64,000 nt of DNA from Bacillota bacterium (GTDB taxonomy: Bacteria; Bacillota; Clostridia; Acetivibrionales; DTU013). The notes under the pieces were generated by a model, which made no database searches, was not told the origin of the DNA, and saw only the letters and a list, made by a program, of their open reading frames with translations. Position 1 is the stretch's first letter. The number at the start of each line of letters is the position of its first letter. A program made the position numbers and the translations under genes. Location: NCBI GenBank assembly GCA_023412665.1, contig JAEZCA010000041.1:2058-66057 (forward strand), given 5' to 3'. Shown in pieces: positions 28,729 to 37,726 of the stretch.

Positions 28729-30606
28729 ATGTGTGGAATAGTTGGTTATATAGGAGAAAAGAAGGCAGTACCTGTTTTGGTGAATGGACTCAAAAAGCTG
28801 GAATACAGGGGCTATGACTCGGCTGGTGTTGCACTGCTGGACAGTGGAAGGCTTTCTGTCATCAAATGTAAGGGCAGGCTTTCAGCCCTTGAAGAGAAGC
28901 TGAATTCAATAAACTGCGGCTGTGATCCAAAGGGCAGCAGCCAGGAACGCACAACAGGAATGGATAGCTGTATCGGCATCGGGCACACCAGGTGGGCAAC
29001 CCATGGCGAGCCCAACGACATCAACTCCCATCCCCATCTGAGCAATTCCGGCAAAATAGCCATAGTGCACAACGGTATAATAGAAAACTATATGAAGCTG
29101 AAGAAATTTCTTGTCTCTCAGGGCTGCAATTTCCTGTCGGATACCGATACGGAAGTTGTCGCGCACCTTGTAGAGCATTATTATCGCCTGTGCGATGATC
29201 TTGTCACAGCCGTCATGGAGACAGTTGACCAGCTTGAGGGCTCGTATGCTCTGGGCGTTATATGCAGTGATTACCCGGATACGTTGGTTGCGGCCAGAAA
29301 GGACAGCCCGCTGATTGTCGGACTTGGCAAGGGTGAAAACTATATAGCCTCCGACATACCTGCCATATTGGAACACACACGCGATATATATATTCTCGAG
29401 GATAAGGATGTGGCAGTGCTGACCAGAGACAGCATTATGATTTACGACAACTACGGCGCCTTGGTCCAGAAGGATGTATTCCATGTGGATTGGGATGTGG
29501 AAGCGGCTGAGAAATCCGGTTACGAGCATTTCATGATGAAGGAGATGTGCGAGGAGCCCAAGGTGATAAAGGAAACCTTCGGTTCCAGAATAAAGGACGG
29601 ACAAATAGTCCTGGACAGCATCAGTATCACCCCCGAATACCTCAATAATATCGAGAAGATATTTATTGTAGCCTGCGGTACCGCATACCATGCCGGAATG
29701 GTTGGAAAGCGCCTGATTGAAAATCTTGCACGCATACCTGTTGAGACCGATGTAGCATCGGAATTCAGATACAGAGATCCTATCATAAACGACAGGAACC
29801 TTGTCATCATCATCAGCCAGTCCGGCGAGACGATAGATACATTGTTTGCATTGAGGGAAGCAAAGAAAAAAGGAGCAAGGGTGTTGTCCATCGTTAATGT
29901 CATAGGAAGCTCCATCGCAAGAGAATCAGACGATGTGCTATATACATGGGCGGGACCTGAGATCGCCGTTGCATCCACCAAAGCATACAATACACAGCTG
30001 GCAGCTTTGACCCTTATCGCGCTTGATTTTGCATACAAAAGAGGCAACCTGGATAAGTCCAGACTGAACGCTGTCATTGAAGAGCTGAAGGCCATTCCTG
30101 AAGCAATAGAACAGATTCTGTATCACAGGGAAGATATACAGAAGTTTGCGGCAGAGCATTACAACGCAAAGAGCATCTTCTTTATCGGCAGGGGCCTTGA
30201 CTATGCGCTTTCAATGGAAGGCTCGCTGAAGCTGAAGGAAATCTCCTACATTCACTCCGAGGCATACGCCGGCGGTGAAATGAAGCACGGTACTATTGCG
30301 TTGATCGAAGCAGGCACGCTTGTAGTCTGTTCCATGACCCAGGAGAGCCTCTTTGAAAAGATGATCAGCAACATCCGCGAAGTTAAAGCCAGAGGCGCCG
30401 TAGTTATGGCAATTACTCAGCAGAAGCACGCTGACGACGCAGCCAGGGTGGCCGACATGGTCGTCACCATACCCGACATCGACCCGCTGCTTGCCCCCAT
30501 CGCGGCTGTCACCCCGATGCAGCTCTTCGCCTACTACATGGCCGTGCTCAAGGGCTGCGACGTCGACAAGCCCAGGAACCTGGCCAAGAGTGTTACTGTG
30601 GAATAA
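28729..30606 (+). CDS. glmS: Glutamine--fructose-6-phosphate aminotransferase (isomerising)
   Basis: 625 aa. N-terminal nucleophile 'MCGIVGY', 'GIGHTRWATHG', two SIS domains, and C-terminal 'NLAKSVTVE'. Confidence 0.95.
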   Translation: MCGIVGYIGEKKAVPVLVNGLKKLEYRGYDSAGVALLDSGRLSVIKCKGRLSALEEKLNSINCGCDPKGSSQERTTGMDSCIGIGHTRWATHGEPNDINSHPHLSNSGKIAIVHNGIIENYMKLKKFLVSQGCNFLSDTDTEVVAHLVEHYYRLCDDLVTAVMETVDQLEGSYALGVICSDYPDTLVAARKDSPLIVGLGKGENYIASDIPAILEHTRDIYILEDKDVAVLTRDSIMIYDNYGALVQKDVFHVDWDVEAAEKSGYEHFMMKEMCEEPKVIKETFGSRIKDGQIVLDSISITPEYLNNIEKIFIVACGTAYHAGMVGKRLIENLARIPVETDVASEFRYRDPIINDRNLVIIISQSGETIDTLFALREAKKKGARVLSIVNVIGSSIARESDDVLYTWAGPEIAVASTKAYNTQLAALTLIALDFAYKRGNLDKSRLNAVIEELKAIPEAIEQILYHREDIQKFAAEHYNAKSIFFIGRGLDYALSMEGSLKLKEISYIHSEAYAGGEMKHGTIALIEAGTLVVCSMTQESLFEKMISNIREVKARGAVVMAITQQKHADDAARVADMVVTIPDIDPLLAPIAAVTPMQLFAYYMAVLKGCDVDKPRNLAKSVTVE

Positions 30607-30620
30607 AAAATTAATGCAAG

Positions 30621-30666
30621 GGCAGGGGAGAATCGGACGCAAATCCGAAGACCTCCTGCCTTTTTA
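30621..30666 (+). terminator. Rho-independent terminator candidate after glmS
   Basis: Imperfect stem GGCAGG...CCTGCC enclosing TCGGA/TCCGA, followed by TTTTT. Confidence 0.55.
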
Positions 30667-30672
30667 ATTAGA

Positions 30673-30921
30673 TTGAAACATGGAAAAATCCACAGTGATG
30701 ATAATGACGCAAAAGAAAAGACTTATGCCTTAATAAAAGAGTTCACGAAGCAATTCAAGGATATCAATGGTTCTGTAAAATGTACGGAATTGCTTGGGTA
30801 CGATATGAGTACTGCCGAGGGACTTAAAGCCGCGAGGGAAGCAAGTCTGTGGAGCACAGTATGTGCAAAGCTTGTAAGAGACTCATCGCAAATTGTAGAA
30901 GGATTACTTGATTTAAAATGA
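30673..30921 (+). pseudogene. C-terminal remnant of a C_GCAxxG_C_C-family protein
   Basis: The 82-aa ORF retains only the distal part of the family pattern ('FKDINGSVKCTELLG...CAKLVRD'). The N-terminal half with the GCAxxG motif is absent, and no ATG or RBS is present. Confidence 0.5.
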
Positions 30922-31049
30922 TACAAAACAGAAAAATGCAAAACTTATTTTTGTTTAAGCGCGATGATATCCAGAAATGGCTTCTCCTTGCCGGGTTGAA
31001 AAGACAAAAACTCATTGACAAAGCTTCATTGTTCGATTAGCATAGAACT

Positions 31050-31361
31050 ATGGATAATTTTGATATGGTGAAAATTTTCAAAGCTCTGTCTTGCGAACAG
31101 AGACTAAACCTTTTTAAAGCACTATATGACTGGTATAAGACCGACGATGCCGCAGATGGAGAGTACAGCTTTTGCGAAGACGGCCTGGAAAAATGCTTTA
31201 CAAGAGCTTGCTGTTCTTTCAGCTTGTCACGGTCGACCATATCCCACCACTTCAAGGAACTGCAAAATGCCGGCCTTATTTCCTATACGCGCAATGGGCA
31301 ATGCTTTGTATGTAAGGTCAATATGGATGCAGTACAGGCAATTCAGGATTTCTTGAAGTGA
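31050..31361 (+). CDS. ArsR/SmtB-family metalloregulator-type HTH repressor (Cys-rich)
   Basis: 'FKALSCEQRLNLFKAL' and the recognition helix 'SRSTISHHFKELQNAGLI'. Seven Cys residues, including CC and CxxC-like pairs. Confidence 0.8.
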   Translation: MDNFDMVKIFKALSCEQRLNLFKALYDWYKTDDAADGEYSFCEDGLEKCFTRACCSFSLSRSTISHHFKELQNAGLISYTRNGQCFVCKVNMDAVQAIQDFLK

Positions 31362-31497
31362 TTTATATTACTAATGATCTTTATTGCTGAATAATCGACT
31401 GAAGAGAGACTATAGATTAAGTGGGAAGGATTTTTTTACTCACAAAGTTCGATGGTTATAAAACAATGGTACAAAGATATATTATGGAGGTTTTATT

Positions 31498-32985
31498 ATG
31501 GACTGGGATTTTGAAAAAGCAGCCGGTTTGTTTTCAAGCGAAAATTGTCAACTGCTTCTTGATGGCTTATACGGTATCGAAAGAGAAGCACAGAGAATTG
31601 CTCCTACCGGGGAGGTGGTCATGACACCACATCCTGCTGTATTTGGAAACAAACTCGAAAATACCTTAATCACAGTAGATTTTTCCGAAAGCCAAATTGA
31701 ACTGATTACTCCACCTTTTGAGTCTGTTGAAAAAACGTATGAGTTCCTGAAGGAGTTACATCTCCTGGTCGACAAAGAATTGGAATCTGAGTATCTATGG
31801 CCTCTCAGTATGCCTCCAAGGCTGCCTGAAGAGAAAATGATCCCGATAGCGAAATTTGATGATTCCCCTGAAGGCAGAGAGAAGGAATTATATAGGATTG
31901 GCCTGGCGGCCCGGTACGGTCGGAAAATGCAAATGATATCCGGTATTCACTATAATTTTTCCTTCGGAGACAGCCTTGTAGATTATCTTTATCATAGGTT
32001 GGGCAACGGTACGGATAAGCGTACTTTTACAGACAACATGTATTTTTCGATGGCCAGGAACTTTTTGAGATACCGATGGTTGTTAATATATCTTTTTGGT
32101 GCATCACCCTGTGCCGACCAGACCTATTATCCGGTCATTGGGAATGAAATGAAGATGGTAAGAAAATGCTGTCCCGAATGCTGCAGCCCTAAGCATAGCT
32201 ATAAGCGAAATGCCATTTCTCTGAGAGTAAGCCGGTTTGGATATTCGGACTCTGTTCAGGGTAAATACAGCGTCTCATATAACAGCTTGAAGGATTACAC
32301 TACTGGTATACGCAGACTTCTGGTTGCTAAGAGCAGAAAGTTCACGAGGATTGGTTTGTATCAGAACGGCAGACAAATCCAGATAAATGGAAATATCCTT
32401 CAAAAAGAGAGTGAGTTCTATTCTTCTATTCGTATCAAGCAGAACATTAAAAAAGGGGAAACCCAATTGGACGCACTTGATGACAGGGGTGCTAAATATG
32501 CAGAGGTTAGGATCATTGATCTTAATCCATTTAATAAAACCGGAATCAGCCTGGAGCAGCTACAATTTTTACAGGTGTTCATGCTCTTTTGTCTGTTTGA
32601 GTACAGTCCTCCGATCGAGAGCGGGGAGTTAGAGAGGATTAACAAAAATCATCACCTGGTTGCACTTTCGGGACGAAGGAATAATCTTAAACTCTTTAGT
32701 TATGATGGCCAGGTAGGACTTACTGAATGGAGCAGGAAGATATTCAACAAATTAAGCTCTATTGCGTCACTGATAGATCTGATAAATATAGACAGCAGAT
32801 ACCAGAAATGTGTTCAGAGTGAATATGAAAAAATAACGGATCCATCTCTGCTTCCTTCATCAATGATTGAAAGAGATATTAATCGGGAGGGATACTTGGA
32901 ATTCGGTACTCGTAAAGCCATAGAACACTATAAGTCGGAAAATGCTGGTTCTCATTATGCTATGCAATCTAGCCGCATGAATTGA
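31498..32985 (+). CDS. gshA: Glutamate--cysteine ligase (GshA-type, like the N-terminal module of GshF)
   Basis: 'GIEREAQRI' and 'ITVDFSESQIELITPP' parallel E. coli GshA 'GLERETLRV' and 'ITTDFAEALLEFITPV' (recalled from memory). 495 aa. Confidence 0.85.
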   Translation: MDWDFEKAAGLFSSENCQLLLDGLYGIEREAQRIAPTGEVVMTPHPAVFGNKLENTLITVDFSESQIELITPPFESVEKTYEFLKELHLLVDKELESEYLWPLSMPPRLPEEKMIPIAKFDDSPEGREKELYRIGLAARYGRKMQMISGIHYNFSFGDSLVDYLYHRLGNGTDKRTFTDNMYFSMARNFLRYRWLLIYLFGASPCADQTYYPVIGNEMKMVRKCCPECCSPKHSYKRNAISLRVSRFGYSDSVQGKYSVSYNSLKDYTTGIRRLLVAKSRKFTRIGLYQNGRQIQINGNILQKESEFYSSIRIKQNIKKGETQLDALDDRGAKYAEVRIIDLNPFNKTGISLEQLQFLQVFMLFCLFEYSPPIESGELERINKNHHLVALSGRRNNLKLFSYDGQVGLTEWSRKIFNKLSSIASLIDLINIDSRYQKCVQSEYEKITDPSLLPSSMIERDINREGYLEFGTRKAIEHYKSENAGSHYAMQSSRMN

Positions 32986-33010
32986 TTAATAAAACAAGGG
33001 GGTCAGTCAA

Positions 33011-34000
33011 ATGATTGAGAAAAAGTTTGAAGCATTGGAGCTTTCTACGCAGATAATAATTAAAGATGCTCTTGAAAGAAATATTGCGGTAGAGGTACTT
33101 GATTATGATGATAACTTTATCAGACTAAAAAGCGGCGGTAAAACAGAAATTATTAAACAAGCTACAAGGACTTCTCTTGACTCCTATATTTCTCCGCTGA
33201 TCATGGAGAACAAGGAGGTCACTAAAATAATCTTAAGAGAAAACGGTATCAATGTTCCGGATGGCATTTCTGCCAAATCCACAGATGAAGCTCTAAGGTA
33301 TTATCACATGTTCAGCAATAAGAATATTGTTGTGAAGCCAAAAACAACTAATTTCGGGAAAGGTGTAGTGATACTTAAGCAGCCTTATAGCATAGACGAT
33401 TATAAGAGTGCAATAGAATATGCATTTACCTATGATAATTCAATACTGGTCGAGGAGTTTGCATCCGGAAAGGAATACAGGTTCCTTGTTGTCGGAGATG
33501 AAGTAGTAGCGATACTTCATCGTGTACCTGCAAATGTGACCGGGGACGGAATTCACACAATTGCTGAGCTTGTTCAGGAAAAAAATAAGGATCCACTAAG
33601 AGGAACGGGATATGTAACTCCTCTGGAGAAAATTTGCCTTGGTGAAGTTGAAAAGGAGTACCTCGGATTTTCAGGTAAAAGTTTTGAATATATCCCACTG
33701 AAAGACGAAACGGTATATCTGAGAGAGAACTCCAATATCAGCACCGGTGGCGACAGTATTGATTTTACTGACGATATCATTGACGAATATAAAAGCATTG
33801 CAGTAAAGGCAGCGAAGGCCGTTGGAGCAAGGATCTGCGGAGCAGACATCATTATAAGGGATATCGGGGAAAAGCCTGAAAGTGGGAACTACAGTGTAAT
33901 CGAACTTAACTTCAACCCCGCACTTCATATTCACAACTATCCATATAAGGGTATGAACCGGCAGGTTGGGAAAAAAGTTCTTGATCTTTTAGGCTTCTGA
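33011..34000 (+). CDS. ATP-grasp ligase resembling the C-terminal glutathione-synthetase module of GshF
   Basis: 329 aa with an ATP-grasp layout ('NKEVTKIILRENGINVP', 'VVKPKTTNFGKGV', 'LVEEFASGKEYRFLV', 'IELNFNP'). It sits 25 nt after gshA, in the same order as the fused GshF. Confidence 0.8.
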   Translation: MIEKKFEALELSTQIIIKDALERNIAVEVLDYDDNFIRLKSGGKTEIIKQATRTSLDSYISPLIMENKEVTKIILRENGINVPDGISAKSTDEALRYYHMFSNKNIVVKPKTTNFGKGVVILKQPYSIDDYKSAIEYAFTYDNSILVEEFASGKEYRFLVVGDEVVAILHRVPANVTGDGIHTIAELVQEKNKDPLRGTGYVTPLEKICLGEVEKEYLGFSGKSFEYIPLKDETVYLRENSNISTGGDSIDFTDDIIDEYKSIAVKAAKAVGARICGADIIIRDIGEKPESGNYSVIELNFNPALHIHNYPYKGMNRQVGKKVLDLLGF

Positions 34001-34234
34001 CGAAGCAATATGCTTGGTTCATTATTTGACGACATGGGGAAATTTTGATAAAATTGGTATTAGATTGTGAATTGATGATTATTTTTATATTGCATTAACA
34101 AAGCTCCGCAAGGAGTCTTGGTTTATATAGATATTTTGGTAATAGGAGATGATGTATTATGATAAAAACTTTTATCAATAAGATCAAACGGAGAGTGACT
34201 ATATTTTAGCTCTCCGTAAGTAAAGGAGAGTATA

Positions 34235-34687
34235 ATGAATAAACAAATTACATTAGAAGCATTGGATGTTAACAACTGGCTTAAGGTTTGCGACCTATCT
34301 GTTAGTGACGAGCAAAAAAAGATCTTTACAATTCCCAATGTTTACTGGATTGGTATTAGCAGATATGAGGAAAAATCTGAGCTTTTTGCAATAAAGGCTG
34401 ATTGTGAATATGTTGGCCTGATTGGTGGAGGATTTGATGAAGATGGTATTACAGGCTATATTAATCCATTTATGATTGACCGCCATCATCAAAAAAACGG
34501 ATATGCAAAACCAGCAATTTTATTGATGATTAATTATTTACGCCAAACCTTAGGTGTCGAAAAAATTAACATTAATCATCATAAAGAGAATGTAATAGCT
34601 GGTAAAATATATGAGTCACTTGGATTTACGATTTACAACGAAACCGATATGGAATATCAAAGAAAGCTGGATTTACTAAAGTATTAA
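34235..34687 (+). CDS. GNAT-family N-acetyltransferase
   Basis: 150 aa with the acetyl-CoA motif region 'IDRHHQKNGYAKPAILLMINYL' and a strong RBS AAAGGAGAG. Confidence 0.75.
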   Translation: MNKQITLEALDVNNWLKVCDLSVSDEQKKIFTIPNVYWIGISRYEEKSELFAIKADCEYVGLIGGGFDEDGITGYINPFMIDRHHQKNGYAKPAILLMINYLRQTLGVEKININHHKENVIAGKIYESLGFTIYNETDMEYQRKLDLLKY

Positions 34688-34760
34688 TCCTTACATAGCA
34701 AAAACCAAAGGAGTCACTGGGGTATCCTGGCATAGAAGACAGGATACCCCATATTCATGT

Positions 34761-35615
34761 TTAAGGCTGTATTGTGACCTTTGTACCGACTTTCACATAG
34801 CCATAGAAGTCCTGGACATCCTTGTTGGTCAGCCCGGTGCACCCGTAAGTCCAATTAGTTCCGAGTTCAGGAGTACTTCCACCATGGATCCCGATTCCAC
34901 CGCCAAGTGCAGTGTTCTGCGGAGGCGTCTGCCCGTTGTTGATAGCATTAACAATCTGGTTGTAGGTGGTCTGGTTAATAAGTCCGCTCTTTAGACCACG
35001 CTGTGCATCCTCAATGTTTGGGTAGCTAAGTCTCATCCACCTGGTACCGAGGAACTGATCAGCAGGATCAAGTACCAGCTTCTGAGTTATATAGAAGCTG
35101 CCCTCGGGCGTTTTGTGGTCACCGGCAACATATTTGTCGCCAGGGCCGCTGTCTCCGAGCTCCACATGGTATGCCTTCAGAGGAGTACTGCCGTTGTATA
35201 CGGTCAGAAGCTTGTCTGATTTATCTATAACCAGACTTATCTGAAGGGTGCTTGCACTTAGGCCTCTCTGAAGGATAATTTTGTCCAGAGACATCCATTG
35301 TGTGGAAGCCTGCGTAATCGGTATATTCAATGTCCTGCCTGCATATATCATATCGCCGCTCAGGTTGTTTGCAGCTTTAAGGCTGGCAATAGTCAAACCG
35401 TAAGCTCTGGAGATTTTGTAAAGAGAATCCCCTGGCTTAATGGTATACTTGACGTAAGGCTGTCCGGAAGCTGCCGAAGAACTGCCAGATGCTGTGTAAG
35501 CATCAGTTGCTGCGTAAGCATTTGCCGGTTCAACACTATTAAGGCCTGCGGATGAAACAATTACCAGTGCCATTACTGATAATCCGGCTAATAGCTTCTT
35601 TATTCTATTCAGCAT
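34761..35615 (-). CDS. Secreted LysM-domain L,D-transpeptidase (YkuD family)
   Basis: Signal/anchor 'LLAGLSVMALVIVSSAG', LysM 'YTIKPGDSLYKISRAYGLTIASLKAANNL', and YkuD catalytic region 'IGIHGG...YGCTGL'. Confidence 0.8.
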   Translation of the reverse strand: MLNRIKKLLAGLSVMALVIVSSAGLNSVEPANAYAATDAYTASGSSSAASGQPYVKYTIKPGDSLYKISRAYGLTIASLKAANNLSGDMIYAGRTLNIPITQASTQWMSLDKIILQRGLSASTLQISLVIDKSDKLLTVYNGSTPLKAYHVELGDSGPGDKYVAGDHKTPEGSFYITQKLVLDPADQFLGTRWMRLSYPNIEDAQRGLKSGLINQTTYNQIVNAINNGQTPPQNTALGGGIGIHGGSTPELGTNWTYGCTGLTNKDVQDFYGYVKVGTKVTIQP

Positions 35616-35689
35616 TGTACTTACCCCCTTTATCTCACATATCTCTGTAGTTTTCTTCCCAGCCAGGAGGGCTATGGCGTATATGGATC

Positions 35690-35921
35690 CCCCCGGCAGG
35701 CGTGATACCTACCCTGCTACAGATCCCCCCTGACAGGATAAGTATTATAACATACATCAGTCTGCTAACGACGATGTAATTTGTGGAAGCATGAGTCTGC
35801 ATTCGTAGAATAACTGCATATAATGGCATCGGGAAACAGTTTAGTGAATCAACAATAATAAAAATGGGCTATATATATGAACAGGCTACAAAACACCGCA
35901 TCGACAACCAGTTATTGATCT
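35690..35921 (+). pseudogene. Decayed 3' fragment of an amidase paralog
   Basis: 35828-35921 aligns by hand to 39059-39152, the 3' end of the intact amidase, at about 81 of 94 nt. Translation gives 'GIGKQFSESTIIKMGYIYEQATKHRIDNQL' versus 'FIGKQFSEPTIIKLGYVYEQATKHRIDPQL*'. The stop codon TAG has become TTG. Similarity upstream of 35828 is weak. Confidence 0.6.
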
Positions 35922-35984
35922 CTTTGAGACAGAGGGAATATACATTTTCGGAGAAAAGGGAATAATTCAAGCCTGACCCCGTAC

Positions 35985-37340
35985 TTATTTCCATTTTCGA
36001 CGCAGCATCAGTATTTCCTGGCAATATCCGATGACAGACATAGGACTCATCAACATCTGATAAAACAGAACATATACAATAAATCCAAAACGGTTGCGCC
36101 GAATTCGTAAATCAAGTTTTCTGAACACTTTGCGCTGATAGCTATAGAGTATATAGCTTTGAAGCATGGCAAGGGGAACAACAAACAGGGTTGCAGGTCC
36201 CACTATCCAGTAATTACCGAAGAAAGCCATGACCAGCCCCGGCATCCAGCAAAAGGTGTAAACAAGATCTAAATAGGGCATAATCAGGTTAATACCTGTC
36301 AGGTATCTGACATATTTGATCGGTTGCTGCCAGGGCTTAAATAACTTCAGTGCTTCAATCATCCCTCGCGCCCAGCGGCTTCGCTGACGCAACAGGTGTT
36401 TGGTCGAAACGGGAACTTCGGTAAAGGCTACAGCTAGTGGTTCAAAAAAAACTCTTTTCTTGCTGCTCAGGAACCTCCAGGTCAAGACGATGTCTTCACC
36501 AATGGCATCAGGCCAGCCACCGGCCTCCCTCAACGCTTCCGTCCTGTACAGAGAATAGGCTCCTTGTGCAACCAAGGTGCCCTGATACAAGCCCTGCATG
36601 CGCTTGATACTGGCTATACCTAGAAAGTAATCCCATTCCTGAAGACGGGACAATAGATTTTCTCTGCTGTTTTTGACCAGCACCGCCCCAGCTACTGCAC
36701 ATACCTCTCCGGGAGCAGATTTGATGCGGGAAACCAAATAACGGATTGCCGATTGATGGAGTATGGTATCAGCATCCAGGGTTATTGCGTACTCGGTATT
36801 TACATGTTCCAGTGCTTTATTTAACGCATTGTACTTTCCGGGTTTTTCTTCAAATATGACCTGTATGTCTATTCCCAGGTCTTCTCCCGCTTTTTGGGCT
36901 GTTTCTGCTGTTTTGTCAGTAGACCCATTGTCTACCACAATTACCCTGAGCGATCCATGGTAATCCTGACTCTTAATATAGCTAAGTGTATGGGCAATGC
37001 TTTTTTCTTCATTGTGGCAGGCAATGATGACGGTGACAGTGTTTGTAGGGTTAGTAGTCTTAAACTGAGGCTGTCGATCGAAAATCAGACTTACCGCTAT
37101 AAACATATTAATATACCCGGGGATATATCCTATACCGGCAATCAGGATAAAAGCAAGGGGTCTGCCAATGAGAGCTCCGAGGTCCTTCAACCAGGGAATG
37201 GATACAATTATTGAAAAAAGTAACCATAGCAAAGCCGCGCAATGCCCAATCCAAAACTTTTTTGACACTTCAATATAATGGTGCTTTTTATTGTTGGTTT
37301 TAAAAATCCGCTGTCCCAGCGGCACATTGGGAATATCCAT
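35985..37340 (-). CDS. Processive family-2 glycosyltransferase (PgaC/IcaA/cellulose-synthase-like beta-glycan synthase)
   Basis: 451 aa with N- and C-terminal TM helices, 'VIIACHNEE', 'VVDNGSTD', 'TLDADT' and the processive motif 'QRSRWARG' (Q-x-x-RW). Confidence 0.85.
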   Translation of the reverse strand: MDIPNVPLGQRIFKTNNKKHHYIEVSKKFWIGHCAALLWLLFSIIVSIPWLKDLGALIGRPLAFILIAGIGYIPGYINMFIAVSLIFDRQPQFKTTNPTNTVTVIIACHNEEKSIAHTLSYIKSQDYHGSLRVIVVDNGSTDKTAETAQKAGEDLGIDIQVIFEEKPGKYNALNKALEHVNTEYAITLDADTILHQSAIRYLVSRIKSAPGEVCAVAGAVLVKNSRENLLSRLQEWDYFLGIASIKRMQGLYQGTLVAQGAYSLYRTEALREAGGWPDAIGEDIVLTWRFLSSKKRVFFEPLAVAFTEVPVSTKHLLRQRSRWARGMIEALKLFKPWQQPIKYVRYLTGINLIMPYLDLVYTFCWMPGLVMAFFGNYWIVGPATLFVVPLAMLQSYILYSYQRKVFRKLDLRIRRNRFGFIVYVLFYQMLMSPMSVIGYCQEILMLRRKWK

Positions 37341-37726
37341 ACAGTCAAACTACTCCCCTTTTGCCTTAATTGATTGGCATATAATAACAAGCTTACGTTC
37401 TGTTAAATTTTTTCTGCCCGTTGCCCTAATACTTCACTTTCATTTGCCAGATGCTCCGACAGATGCCTCACTAGAAAAATATACATAAACAAATGTGATT
37501 TATGTAAACTATTTAATACAAGAAATATTATACTATTTTATTGACGAATTTCAATACTTCTTTCATAATTAAAGTGTTGCATTATTTTTCTATTGCATAA
37601 TATGACAAAATTGAAAGAATTAAGTGAAACGATAGGCGGCGGATAGGCTACATTCAAAGAATAATTGTATATATGGGAAATTATTGATATTATTATTGAT
37701 AGAATTGTTTTGTCAAAGGAGTCACT

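Noticed and set aside
37341-37560. c-di-GMP riboswitch upstream of the GT2 synthase (minus strand)
   Set aside because: Reading the reverse complement shows only a GGCAAA string. The conserved 'ACGCAAAGC' and paired-helix features of GEMM-I/II are not visible.
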